From: Octopus vulgaris
Taxonomy: Eukaryota
NCBI GenBank assembly: GCA_951406725.2
Contig: OX597818.1
Span: forward strand, 69,812,001-69,876,000
Reading direction: 5' to 3'
Length of the DNA: 64,000 nt
The notes beneath the pieces are model-generated. The model was given only the letters and a program-made list of their open reading frames with translations, searched no databases and was not told where the DNA came from. The position numbers were made by a program, and so were the translations under genes. Shown piece by piece: positions 1 to 11,942 of the stretch. Position 1 is the stretch's first letter. Every line of letters begins with the position of its first letter.

Positions 1-379
1 TAAAATATAAACGACACATCTGATAATGTGATCCAGAATGCAAATGTGTCCAAATAAATAATCATGAAAACATAACAAAATTAATCATGGCTGAAACACA
101 CTTCATCCTAGATTGCTTTTGTTATGATTGATTTGGGTTTAAACTTCAACAGTAAGAATGTGATAAATATTTAAGTCAGGTAATGGATAAATGAAGAAAG
201 AAACAGAATATCAGACAAACTGGGGGGAAACCTGTAATTTAGATGTTGTAGTTCAGAGGAATAGTGACCATGAGGAAAATCTTCCAAATGGGGCCATGGT
301 CTACTTTTAGATACAGCAACTGGTAGAATGGTAGAAGAATTTGTTACTCAGAAAGTGTAATGACTCACAATGTTTGCTG

Positions 380-660
380 CAGGTAGATATTGTGGTTGAG
401 TGGGGTGGGCCATAAAACGATTCAGTCTTGAGAAGATGGATGGAGAATGAACGCTGGCGACAATGGTCATTTGAGAAAAAGTGAAATACTTTGGTCATGT
501 TATCAGAGCTAGGACCTCTGAGGTTATCCTCAGGGTCTGGGTGGACAGAGAATGGGTTTGTGGGTGATGGAGAGATGAGATCAAGGACTGGACAGGGAGG
601 ACTTTTGATGAGCACAAGACTGTAACATGTGATGAAGGTTGTCATCATGATGTGTGTTGG
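380..660 (+). mobile_element. Decayed 3' end of an RTE (BovB-like) LINE ORF
   Basis: Piecewise translation gives KVKYFGHVIRA..ILR and WRDEIKDWTGRTFDE..TCD, matching the RTE C-terminal 'KLKYFGH..R / RW.D.IK.WTG' pattern. Frameshifted. Confidence 0.6.
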
Positions 661-934
661 GGGTCCCAATAATGCTCATTTAGAAGGATGGACATATTTA
701 TTCATTCAGTTTGTGAGGGACGGGGAATAAATATTTGTACCAATAGTCACTAGAATGAGGAAAGGAAAGAGAAATTGAGATTTCTGTTCCTCCATGTGCA
801 GAAAGGATGTGGTAAACTTTTAAAAGTCCCCACACATGCACACACACATATATATATATATATATACATACATATATTTATGCATCTGTGTGTAAGAGAG
901 GCTGCATAAAATATTATTTGATAATTAATATATT

Positions 935-1101
935 GATACTTAATGGCATTTTGTCTCTTTATGTTCTGAGTTCAAATGCTGCTGAGATAACTTTGCTGTT
1001 CATCATTTCAGGGCCGACAATATAAGTACCAGTTGAGTACTGGGGTCGTTGTAATTGATGTACTCTTTTCCCAAAACTGTTGGCCTTGTGCTAAAATTTT
1101 G
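935..1101 (+). mobile_element. tRNA-derived SINE (dominant family in the window), 5'-truncated
   Basis: B-box-like GAGTTCAAAT followed by the core 'ctttgc..ttcatc.tttc.ggg.cga.aa..taagtaccagttg' shared with many other copies in the window. Confidence 0.75.
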
Positions 1102-1119
1102 TAAGCAATATTCTGATAT

Positions 1120-1500
1120 CTGCTAGAGAAACCTTTGACAAGAATGGCAGTGATGTAATATTTTGAGAGAACATTACACAAGTCTGGTCTGTTAATCGTG
1201 CAAAAGCTTTCTAAATAAATATGGAATCCCACCTTGGCCATATTTTTTTACCTGTAATCATCAACTTCCAAATATTTAAGAAACTCATTGACTCTTATGA
1301 CTCTCATCAGTCTAGGAAGTACTGCCATGGCAATGGGCACCGCTTCTTCTACTAAACAAACCAAAGACTTAATCTGGCATTTAGTTTCAGACTTCTGCCA
1401 GGTACCTTGGGTGTCTTTAATGGAGACCACTGTGTTGCAAGCATTTGGGGAAGGTTTCTGGTTGAGGATAGCATTCTCCCACTCACCCATCTTGAAGTTC
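1120..1500 (-). mobile_element. Very decayed LINE reverse-transcriptase fragment (CR1-like)
   Basis: PIAMAVLPRLMRVIRVNEFLKYLE resembles RT 'RPIAL.S..SKVME.II...LLKYLE'. Downstream ttagaaagctttt resembles the 'D..KAFD' motif. Confidence 0.35.
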
Positions 1501-2399
1501 CTTCAAGCATCATGGCCACTACCTTTCCCTTTGACTAAGAGGTGAAATCAAAAATGAAAGTAATTTAAAGAAAAGGAATTGAGAAAGAAAATCAGAATTC
1601 AGAGATAGCAATGTATGTGTAGGGGAGAACAAATGAAACTAAATAAGCATGCAACTTCCAGACATACATGTGTGTATGTGGTGTAGATATATGTATATGT
1701 ATGAAGGTGTGTGTGTGTGTGCATATATATAGATATGTCGATATATTTGTATGTGTGTGTGTGTATTGAATGAAAAAGTTATGTCAGTTGATCATGAAAG
1801 ATTTCTTCTGATGGAAAAAGATTTTAGAATTTGTGGGGATGGATTTGAGAATTTTTGGTTTCATAAAAGAGATGAAGAATTAATGCTAATCCATGTAACC
1901 TATGCAAGCATGAAAAACAGATTCTAAAATGACGATGATTTCTAACATATAATGATAGCCTTGTGTTATGTCATTGGTGCTTTAGAATTTTATCTAAATG
2001 GAAAAACGTTTTGCACAAGACAAATCGCATTTCTCATGTCTCTGCTTCAGTCAATCTTGCAAATAAAAAGAGGCACACTGCAACTTATTTAATTTTGCTT
2101 TTTTAGAAAAAAAAAATATTTTTAATCTTGGAACCCAAAATTATTTCTGCCAAACATAGTTGCTAATAACTACCAAACTAGTATAATTATCTTTAGTCAT
2201 ACTAAATCATTGAGGTGAGTTTCCTGTGCTTTACAGAGGATTTTTCTAAAAGTTCATTTTGTAGTTAGATCATGCTTTTTTAAAATTTTCATATGAAAAC
2301 TTTAACACAAATCAATTTATTGGAATTGGTAACTGGTTACTAAAACGCGAATTAGACAACAACAACAACAGCAGCAGCATCAACAACAATAAATACAAT

Positions 2400-2960
2400 G
2401 ATCTGGCATACTAGAGTTTAAAGAAATCACAGAGGAGGAAATAAAAGCCAAAGAAAGACTACTTCCAAAGACTGCAACAGGTGTTGCGCCCATAATTGAC
2501 TGGATGGAATAAATTCCAAGCAGTAAAGACATGGAGGATAGTGTTGCTTAGTTATGGAGTTGGAATTGTAAAAACTGGTCAAAGAATCAACTGACGAGTA
2601 TGGATAGCAAGACATGGAATCTATTGACGGTACATGGAGCATTCCATCTCATGAGTGGCACCGATAGGTTGTACTTGTCCAGAATAAAGTGTGACAGAGG
2701 TTTTGATTAGTTGCCAGGATTGTGTTGAATGAGAGGAAAACAGTTTAGGGGGATAATTGTAATAAGAAAGAAGGGAAAAGTGCCAAAACATAAAAAGGAA
2801 TGGGATAGAAAGGGGGAAAAATGTATGGTTCGTTGGTAAGAGATACAAGCACAAAGACAGATTCAGGAGGCTGGTGGTTATGAATACAGAGGAGTGACTT
2901 GAAAGATAGAAACAGAAGCATTTATGTGTGTGGCACAAGAGCAAGCTTTGAGAATAAACT
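2400..2960 (+). mobile_element. R4/Dong-like (REL-endonuclease) LINE fragment, RT thumb region
   Basis: Translates piecewise to AFHLMSGTDRLYLSR..DRG and ETEAFMCVAQEQALRIN, homologous to 'HPKSD.DRLY.PR..GGRGL' and 'ETE..I.AAQEQALRTN'. Confidence 0.75.
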
Positions 2961-3535
2961 TCTGCTAGTAGGCCAGTCATCATAACTGCCTTCAAGGATC
3001 TGTCAGGGTCGTTAGAAAAGGGAATGATCCTCAGGCTGTTGCTTCTGAACTTCAGGACTCTTGTTGCTGAGGGGGTAATAGCTACCAGCCAATTCACTTT
3101 CAAGGGATTTCAAAGCCTCAACAGACACTTGTTCCCTTTTAACACAATCTTCTTTCTTAAGAACTGGTAGGAAGCCAAAACTGTCGTGGCTCCTGCCTAC
3201 ACAGACATGTGTAGATACAATCAAGTTACTAGAGGGATCAAGATCACTAAGGTTCAAGTTCTTGACATCACCAAAGCCTGGAACCAGGTGGGCAACTTTA
3301 TCAATTTCCTTGTCGTTCATAATGATGGCATCAAGGACTTCGGCAAACACAGCATGTGCATCAGGATCACTAGTGTAGATACCTACACTGTTGTCAGGGT
3401 TTTTGCAACCAGAATGAATACAATTTGCCAAAGTGCCTTCCAATTTAGTTCTCTTATTCTTCCATTTTTCATTCCTGGCTGGTGTGAAATGTTTTTCAAA
3501 CGAGATTTACTTTCAGCCTTTTTCAAAGCCTCCCA
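2955..3535 (-). pseudogene. AK: Arginine kinase (phosphagen kinase) pseudogene fragment: N-terminal ~200 codons, intronless, frameshifted
   Basis: ORF 3012-3443: GTLANCIHSGCKNPDNSVGIY..DPDA..VFA.VLDAII, DLDP...IVSTHVCVGRSHDSFGF.PVL, ELAGSYYPL, EDH.LF. Continues through frameshifts upstream (WEALKKAESKSRLK/HFTP) and downstream (NDPDRSLKA/YDDWPTSR). The normally conserved STRVRVGR arginines are mutated. Confidence 0.92.
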
Positions 3536-3536
3536 C

Positions 3537-4235
3537 TAAGAACAAACTGCATAAAATACAGAATAGACAACACATCATAAAGTAATAAGTGCAGAATCTG
3601 TGGACAAAGTGGTGAAACTGTATAGCATATTACCAGCCAATGTATGCCCCTAACCCAGAAGGAATATAAGAGACACCACGACAATATAGCCAGGATTGTC
3701 CATTGGACACTCTGCAACAAGTATGGACTTGACAGAGCAAAAATTGGTACAATCACAAACCCAAAGTCATTATTGAAAATAGAAATGCAAAGATCCTATG
3801 GAATTTTATGATTCAGTGTAACCATGAGATAGAGTATAGGAAACTGGATATAGTGTTAATTGACAAAGAAAGCAAACAATACTGGATCATTGATATAGCA
3901 TGCCCAGCTGAAAACAAGGTATGTGATAAGGAAGAAAGAAAAGTCGAGAGATATGACAGGTTAGCTTAGGAAGTTAAACAGTTGTGGTCGATGAAAAAGG
4001 TAACAGCAGTACCAAGAATAGTCAGAGCCCTGGAAACAGTGAGCAAAAATCTCGAGAAGTACATGGAACAAATGGAGGCTGCAATAAGGGTGGAGCACTT
4101 GCAGAAAACAGCACTGCTTGGAACCGCTCAAATACTCCAGATGGTGCTCGAAAAATAAGAAGTGATATCTTAGTTTACTGGTAGTGAACAGCTGACACTG
4201 TAGTACATCTCCAGCATTAGAAGCCGGGCAAAGGC

Positions 4236-4282
<47 letters not shown>
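3537..4282 (+). mobile_element. R4/Dong-like LINE 3' end: CCHC finger, restriction-like endonuclease, 3' UTR and (TAA)n
   Basis: CRICGQSGETV*HITSQC, YKRHHDNIARIVHW.LC, KLDIVLIDK..IIDIACP, ERYDRLA..VKQLW, LQKTALLGTAQIL. Stop at about 4158; (TAA)n at 4236-4282. Confidence 0.9.
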
Positions 4283-4283
<1 letters not shown>

Positions 4284-5992
4284 TATCAGTATCTGTGGAA
4301 ATTTACTGTTATTTTGAAAATTGTATGAGGAATTTGTATATTCTTTCAAATTCTTTTTATGACGATGTTGTAAGTACAGCCACAGACTAACAGTTCATAA
4401 AATACAACAATATTGCATCAATAGTTTAGCTTGCAATGATTCAATTTTCTGCTAAAATTTTGTTCAACCCATGGTAGTAATTCTTCAGTCACAGATATGG
4501 ACATTAAGGCTACGATTAGAAAGATATTTGCATACTTTCTTCTGTCCTATTCTTTATGTTCTTTGAAAATCCATCATTCTAAATGGATTGAATTTGTGGG
4601 ATGCCCACAGATTTTAGTGCTCCAGGGATCCCATGGTTCACCTTGTGTGTAGCACTAGCACTGATTTAGTGGATCCAATAAGACGGTGGACATTGATTTG
4701 ACTACCAACTGTGTAACCACTTTTGGAACTCTAAACAAAGGTTAATTCATAAAGTGAAGAAGTTTTGCAGTTTCCATTTTGTACAGTTAATGCTAAGTAT
4801 TTCATTAATCTGCAACACTGAACTAAAATAGGTTTTGTTGTTGTTGTTGCCTTTTTTTTTTTTTTTTTTTTGCAGGTGATTGACTTTGGCAAAGTTGAAC
4901 TTGCCAAAATTATAAAGGAAAGCTTTTAACCATTTTGCAACCAGCCATTCTGGGAAAAGGAAAATTTCTTGACTTTTGAAAATCTGCTTGTTTGAAACTG
5001 CCAACATTTAACTTAAAATACTCCATTGTAATTTATGCATGAACTTAATATATACAAAGCATAAAGGAGAAAAAATTTATTATTTTACTCAAAACTTTTG
5101 CTAATTAAAAACAAAAAAATTGAAACACATCAACAATGTATATTTCATTATAATATAACCACAAAAGGGTTTTCACTATATATTTACCAGTCAATGCATT
5201 ATGGGACACGCCATCATAACTTACACAAAATGTATAAATTTGCAGAAGCTTCCAACCCATGCTAGCACCAAAAAAAGATACAGGTGCAGAATGGCTCCAA
5301 AACTAAGCAAATCAACAACAGTCAAAAACAAAAGAATTTAAAAGATTAAAAATTACAAAACAAATTAAAAATAAAAAAAAATTATCACAACATGAAAAGA
5401 TATTTGGAAACAATTATTATTTTTTTGTTGTTCTTTTAAGAACCCGTCAACCTTCGAATTAAGACAGAGTCCACCACAACACTACATTAATCTTTCTTCA
5501 CTGTCAAAACATTTCATATCTTTATTTCAATATCTTTCTACTTCAAAGACAATCATCATATACCACTTCAAATGAAAGAGTAGAGAAGGTTATCATAATT
5601 AAAATAGGATTTTCTCTCCAACATCTCTTCATCAATAGATCATCAGAGCAAACGAGATGGTTGTTGGGGAAAATAAGGTTTGTATATCCTTTGTATTTTT
5701 ATCTTACCCCTTGTTGCCTTCTATGTTTTCTTTTATTAGTTTATATTTATTTTCTCTTCAACTATTTATCTTTAGTTAATTAATTTATTTATTTGTTATC
5801 TTCTTCCAATGAAGAAATCAGTAATTATATTTTGTTTAAAAAGAAGACACAGACAACAAGATATTTTCCAAAAGCATTTTTCCAAAAACAACATCTTTAA
5901 CGGGAATCCTATTAAACTAGTCAGAAACAAACATTAACTTTACTATTTCCACACATGCATACGCTTTTTGAAAAAAAAAACAAAAAGAACTA

Positions 5993-6330
5993 ATAACAAT
6001 GATGATAATAATAATAATAATAATAATAATGATAATAATAATGATTAGTAGAAGAAGAAGAAGAAGAAGAAGAAGAAGAATCATTTAACATCCATTTTTC
6101 ACGCTAGCATGGTTTGGACGATTCGACTGGAGTCTGGAAGCCATGGAAGCTGCACCAGGCTCTATTCTGATTTGGTAGAGCCTAATAATGATGATGATGG
6201 TGGTGGTGGTGGTGGTGGTGCAGGTGGTGCAGGTGGTGGTGGTGGTGGTGGTAGTAGTGGTGGTGGTAGTGGTGGTGGTGGTGATGATGATGATGATGAT
6301 GCTAACAGCAATAACAACAACAACTGCAAC
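5993..6330. repeat. Compound microsatellite (TAA)n/(GAA)n/(GGT)n/(GAT)n around a short reverse-oriented RTE 3' tail (6081-6170)
   Basis: Direct inspection; 'tttaacatccatttt.ca.gctagcatgg.ttggacg' is the reverse complement of the RTE 3' end. Confidence 0.85.
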
Positions 6331-8453
6331 AGTTCTTCAGTCTGGAGAGATTTTTGTTTTTTTCCCTTATTTCATCTTTAATAGAAATTCGATACATTTG
6401 TCTGTCAACTTTTCATGTACATTTTTAATTCATGGAAGAATGTAAGGAAGATTTAAACTCTAACAGGAAACTGAACTCGGATTTTTTTTTTTAGTGGTTG
6501 TTACAGTTGTTTTTAACCCAAGGTCAGTCCTGAACTGCAAACTTATATATCCAAGTCAATGAATTTCCTATCTTATTACTCAAGTAAGAGTGTCCCAAAC
6601 ATAATATTCAATGTAAATAAGTTAGAAGAATAGGTTGTGTTTGGCTGCTATTTTTAGCAGAGGTGACTTAGTGCTAAACATCAATAAAGGGATTAGGTGC
6701 CTTGCGTTGATGTTACATTAAATATCTTTATACCAACTTATGTAAAATAGATGACCTTTTCCAAACCAATTCTTCACTCATTTCAAGATTCAAGATTCAT
6801 AATAATCAGAGATGGAACTTTCTAGAATAAAGACTCATTCTTTGCTGTTTTTTTGCAAATATATTACAATGCTGATATTGATGCTAGAAATGGTTGTGTA
6901 AGAAGAGGATTTTTGTGTATTGTTTATGAGTCTGAGGAAAGTCAAATACCATGATGACTTGAAGACTGAAACTTCCAGACTAACTCTGCATCTGAACGAG
7001 AGGAAACATTTTAAGATTACTGCTATATTCTCTCTCGTTCAATATATCAGTCTTAAAATCTCAGATTCCCATTCTCTCCATGCCAAATAAATTTATCCAA
7101 ACTTGTGAAATTTTCTATATAACTGTTGTTGACAGACAACAATTAATTTCCTAACATTCTCGTTTTTTGGGGGTTTTTTTTGACATATTTCAACATCAAT
7201 CAGTTAACAGAGATTCAAGCAATCCTGATCTGAAAGATATTGATCATTCTAAACTATCTCCAAAGATCAAATTTCAAGAAGATATCTTAGTGGAAGCAGT
7301 CTGTGGATTTAGGAATGATATCATTGGTACAGAATCTGGTGATGAAAATATGAGGAATATTGATAATAAATGCGAAATTTCAAAGGAAAACCACAGAATA
7401 GAACTAAGAGGAAATTCATAAAATATGAAGTAAAAAGAATAGGTTTTATGAAAACAAAAAAATAAGGTGCTGTTTTTTAAGCCCTAGGCCAACACTGATC
7501 AAACAGATGTATGTTTAAGGTACTCAACCATGACCATCATTCTTTATTGTGAGGTATAGTTCATCCTGACAGAGCTGAGGAAAAGTGCCCCCCAGGGGCA
7601 ATGGATTAATAGAACTGGAAGAATGTTGAACAAGATGGCTCCTGGTGTTTGTTCTGGATCATCGTGTTGTGAATTGAAACCCAACAATCCCCCACTTGGG
7701 TCAGGGATTAAGTCCAGTCCTTGCTTTCACACCACCACTTGACCCCTTCAGTGTTAAAAGGAAAATCCACTCTATTGCAAGCATTCAGCTCCAGTCTTTG
7801 GCTTGAAGACACCATCGTCTCAGAAGCTCTGTAAATGGTCATGGGCACTGTATTGTCTTCTTACCAAAAGATAGAAAAAATATTCACATTATCTAAGATG
7901 TCCTTCCATTTTCAAGACATGATTTGGGAAAGATTTGGCTGCAGTTTCTAGTAGGTCAAATAACCATGTAAGGGGATTACCTCATTAGCTTATTGAAATT
8001 AACATTTGAATCTTAGCTAAATCTAAAGAAATAATGAGTGTTTGTTCATTAACACCTGGAACATATCTGTATTGAGATATAATGGAGAAATTCCAACGTG
8101 TGATAAAGAAGTAAAGATTAAATTAGATTGGGAAACTCAGAATGATTGAATCATGATGAGATACAAAGTATTAGCCCTTACCAAAAGTGATGCTGACAGA
8201 ATGAAAGGCAAATTCAAGTCAATACTGCTAAGGTTCATTATGACCAAGGTAATGAATTAACAATTTAAGAATAGGGTCATTGTAACCTTGCCTCAAAACC
8301 TGTGGTTTTCTGTCTATATCAGTGATTAATAAATCTATTTCATATAAAATATACAAACTGATCAATGGTCAATTTATTGGGAAGAACATACACAGTAAAT
8401 TGTCAACATTGTATATTTATATTACTGTATATCAACACATATGCATATACAAA

Positions 8454-9310
8454 CGAGGTCTGATCAATAAGTATCCGGACTGTTGCCATAGTAATGAAGC
8501 TAAAGCATGCAGAGTGCAGCTACTTGGCAAAACATTGACCTTGAAATTTGCTGTTTATGTGTACTAGATTTTAACCCTCTAGCTTACTTTCCCTGTTTAC
8601 AGCAGTACTTGGAAGGAAGGTATGTAGCGTGTGATCATCGCATTGACCATAACAAAGAAAGTTGTCGTGACGATACCTGCTCAGAGGCCAACACAAAATT
8701 GCAGAAAGTGTATGGAGAGGAATGTATGAGCTACACACAAGTGTGTGAGTGGTTTAGATGTTTTTAAGATGGCTGAAAAATGTCAATAGTGACAGACATT
8801 CTGGGAGACCTCCATCCAACAGGACTGAGAAAAACATCACAGACGTGCCTGCAGCTGTGAGGGGAAATCATTGAATCACCATCCGTGAGTTATCAAAGGA
8901 TGTGCAGATTAGTTATGGTTCAGTCCAGTCCATTACTACTGAAGATTTGGGTATGGGACACACGTTTGCCAAGTTTGTGCCAAAATTGCTTTCAGCTGAC
9001 CAAAAGGACATTTGGGTTTCAGTTGCATAAGATCTCTTGGATTGCATCGAGAACAATGAAAACTTTTTCAAAACTTTGCATAGGCCTCTGGACAGGTGTT
9101 GCCAAGCTTTTCTGCATTCTCCGTCATGGTCAATGTGATGATCACACGCTACACATCTTCCTTCCAAGCACTGCTGTAAACAGTGGAAAAGAGGTAGAGT
9201 CTTAAAACTTAGAGCGTATGCACAACAGAGATCAAGTTCAATCTGTATCAAGCAGCTTTACTCTGTATGCTTTCGCTTCATCACTATGGCAACTTATTGA
9301 TCAGACTACA
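8454..9310 (+). mobile_element. Mariner-family element derivative: 5' TIR and N-terminal transposase (HTH), closed by an inverted copy of its own 5' ~240 bp
   Basis: TIR-like (cga)ggtctgatcaataagt at 8454 and acttattgatcagac at 9292-9306. Translation LQKVYGEECMSYTQVCEWFRCF, HSGRP, ITIRELSKDVQISYGSVQSI, AKFVPKLLSADQK (WVPxxL-type motif). Confidence 0.85.
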
Positions 9311-9315
9311 TACAT

Positions 9316-9349
<34 letters not shown>

Positions 9350-9409
9350 GATCAAATAGTGTTATCTCACAAATACACACACATATATATATATATGCAT
9401 AGATATCAT

Positions 9410-9785
9410 GGCTGATGCTTGTGTCACACAACTGGCACCCATGCTGGTGGCATGTAAAAAGCACTTTTCAAGCATTGGGCTTCACAGAGGCAATGACGAA
9501 TGACCACGACCTTTGGTGTCTTGCTTGAGAAGAAGACCCATCAAGCCAAGTAAAATTATAGTTGTGACAGATACTGGTGTCATGCAAATGGTACCTGTGC
9601 CAGTGGCATGTAAAAGCACCCATTACACTCTTGGAGTGGTTGGCATTAGGAACGGCATGATACCAAATCAGACTGGGGTCTGATGCAGCCTTCCAGCTTG
9701 CCAGCCCTGGTCAAACCATCCAATCTATGCCAGCATGGACAACAGACGTTAAATGATAATGATGATGATGATGATAATGATATAT
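9410..9785 (+). mobile_element. RTE 3' UTR / RTE-mobilised SINE ending in (GAT)n
   Basis: gtaaaagcaccca.tacactct.ggagtggttggcattaggaa ... ccatgccagcatgga....gacgttaaatgatgat; the same sequence is attached to the RTE ORF at 24890-24980. Confidence 0.8.
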
Positions 9786-9889
9786 ATAATGACATGCTAG
9801 GGTAGAAAGAAAGTGTATTTCTAATGCAGCACTTTTTTGGAGGTCTGGAGGAGTGCCATTTTACCGTTTAATGCCATAAATATTACGTA

Positions 9890-10345
9890 AATTGGGTAAG
9901 ACTCCTTCGTGTATCACCTGATTGACTAGACTCTATCCAACACTCTCAGAAATGTTTAGCCTCTCTGTGGTGATTCCTGATGGGCCGGCCCTTTGACTGT
10001 CTCTATACCCTTAATTGCTTTATCTACCAAGGTACAGTTAATTTGGATAGCTGGTCCCTCTGCAGACTCTCATTCTCCCATTCATTTTCTTCATTTAGCA
10101 ACCTTTCATAGTGGCATCTCCAAGTCTCTGTCCTTGCTGCCTCATTAAATGCAAGTCGGCCATCATCCGTGCAGTCACATTTCTCTCCTATGACATCACA
10201 ATTCCCTCTCTGTAAGACACATTGTCTTACAGCATAAAACAATTCAAGTCTTTGGTCCTCATGACACAAAACATTGGCAAATTTTTTCATATCTGCTTAC
10301 CCATTGGCTAAATAAACTTGTCTCCTAGCTTCCCTTCTGGCAATA
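9890..10345 (-). mobile_element. RTE LINE internal fragment (linker between endonuclease and RT)
   Basis: KKFANVL..EDQRLE.F..RQC....DVIGEKC..DDG.LAFNE....WRCHYERLLNEENEW, homologous to 23590-23830. Confidence 0.85.
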
Positions 10346-10422
10346 CATATTTATATATGTATGTATGTAAACTTACTTGGAAATGGATGTGTCATGCTCA
10401 ATTAAATGATAAATAATAAATA

Positions 10423-10469
<47 letters not shown>

Positions 10470-10471
<2 letters not shown>

Positions 10472-10930
10472 ATAATAAATATCAGGGAATAAATCCAAAT
10501 TTACAGGGAAAAAATCAGATTTAGGATTAAATCCAATTTTATAGTAAAATATTATATAATATTAATTCGAGACAAAACCACTATTTTGCAAAACAAACAA
10601 GGAAAGACTTAATCAATACATAAAAATTTTTAATATAAAGAAATAAACCGCCACTACAATCGTTTCATGTCTTCAATGACATTCGTCAGGTGGATTTTCG
10701 ATCTCCTAATCTGTTTTAATTTATGTATATATGGGTAAAGGACGTCACCATCAGTGCAAATAGCATGAAATACATAAACAAACAAGGGAAAACGAGTGAA
10801 ATACGTAAACAGTGAGAAAAATGGAGAACAGGACAAGTAAACACAGAGAAAGGACCCCTCATCAGTTGTCAGCTGTCCATCTGCTCCTCATTTCAAGCAT
10901 TCAATGACAAGATGAGTCTTCAAACACCCT
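10470..10930 (-). mobile_element. Probable Penelope-like element terminal-repeat fragment carrying a hammerhead ribozyme
   Basis: Starts next to a (TA)n tract, contains a minimal hammerhead, and shares 'gaga.aaaaccactatt' with 43380-43400. The Penelope assignment is an inference from the ribozyme type. Confidence 0.5.
10651..10693 (-). ncRNA. Minimal type I hammerhead ribozyme
   Basis: Minus strand reads CCAC-CUGACGA-AUGUC-auugaa-GACAU-GAAAC-gauu-GUA-GUGG. Stem I CCAC/GUGG, stem II AUGUC/GACAU, short stem III AC/GU, all core nucleotides present, GUA cleavage triplet. Confidence 0.85.
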
Positions 10931-11754
10931 GAAATGTTTGTATTAGAGCTTCCGGCATGAATGCCAAGCAGCACAGCATGTCATTTCCAAATTTCTGGCT
11001 AAGTGAATGGTATCATGGTGCTGTTTTTTCTCACAGACAGTGCCCAACTGACCCTACTGTACTGTGTAGTCAACAAAATCAAAAACAAACAATGCACATA
11101 TGCACAATTAAAAATATAAAATGGCGCCAGTTTACCCATCGCACTCTCTCTATATTTTTGTATTATTTTAAACAAGAATATTATTGACAGTGTCTTTTAA
11201 ATTTCAGTCAGTTTTTGATGGATAGAAACTGCATGAAGCCCTTTGTATGTGTGACTGTATATGTCTGTTTGATGTGAGTGCATATATATATATATAAAGA
11301 GAGGGTGGAAGAGAGAGGGTTAGCAATGTACTCCAAGTTGTCTCACCTTTGGTTGATCCGAACAGTGGAGGAGGAAAGGGAACCTGAGTAGTTACCTGAT
11401 TAGGGAGAAGCTCTGAGTTGAGTGGGTCTGGTGGAGGGGGGTGCTAAATATAATTATAAATTCTAATTTAAAATATAGGGAAGAATGTAAAATGCTACGA
11501 TATTCCTTGATAAGTATCTAAATATTGAAAATATAATTAGAATCAGAATGCAGCGTGAGCAGGTGTGTGTATGTTTGAATAGGAACCTTCCTATATTCTT
11601 GCACTTGAAGGAACAATGCAGGCACGGGAGAAATAATTCATTGCACCTGGAAAAGGACAAGAGAAGAGCAAGTGGAAGCTTTCAATATGGCAGCCGAAGG
11701 TGGAACTGAATAATGAATATGTGGCTTTTAGTTTCACTTAAATATAAAAGTATA

Positions 11755-11781
11755 ACACACACACACATGCACACACACACA

Positions 11782-11819
<38 letters not shown>

Positions 11820-11942
11820 CACACATACACACACACACACTCACAGATGCACACACACACACTCACACACACACACACACACACTCACACACACACACAC
11901 ACACATGCACACACACATAGACACATACACACACGCGCACAC
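11755..11942. repeat. (CA)n microsatellite
   Basis: Direct inspection. Confidence 0.95.

Noticed and set aside
1252-1534. Exon-like segment on the minus strand (polypyrimidine tract with TAG acceptor, CAG|GTAAAA donor, 80-aa ORF with faint C-type-lectin-like Cys spacing)
   Set aside because: No partner exons were found, the Cys spacing is off, and the ORF end plus downstream sequence fit a decayed LINE RT better.
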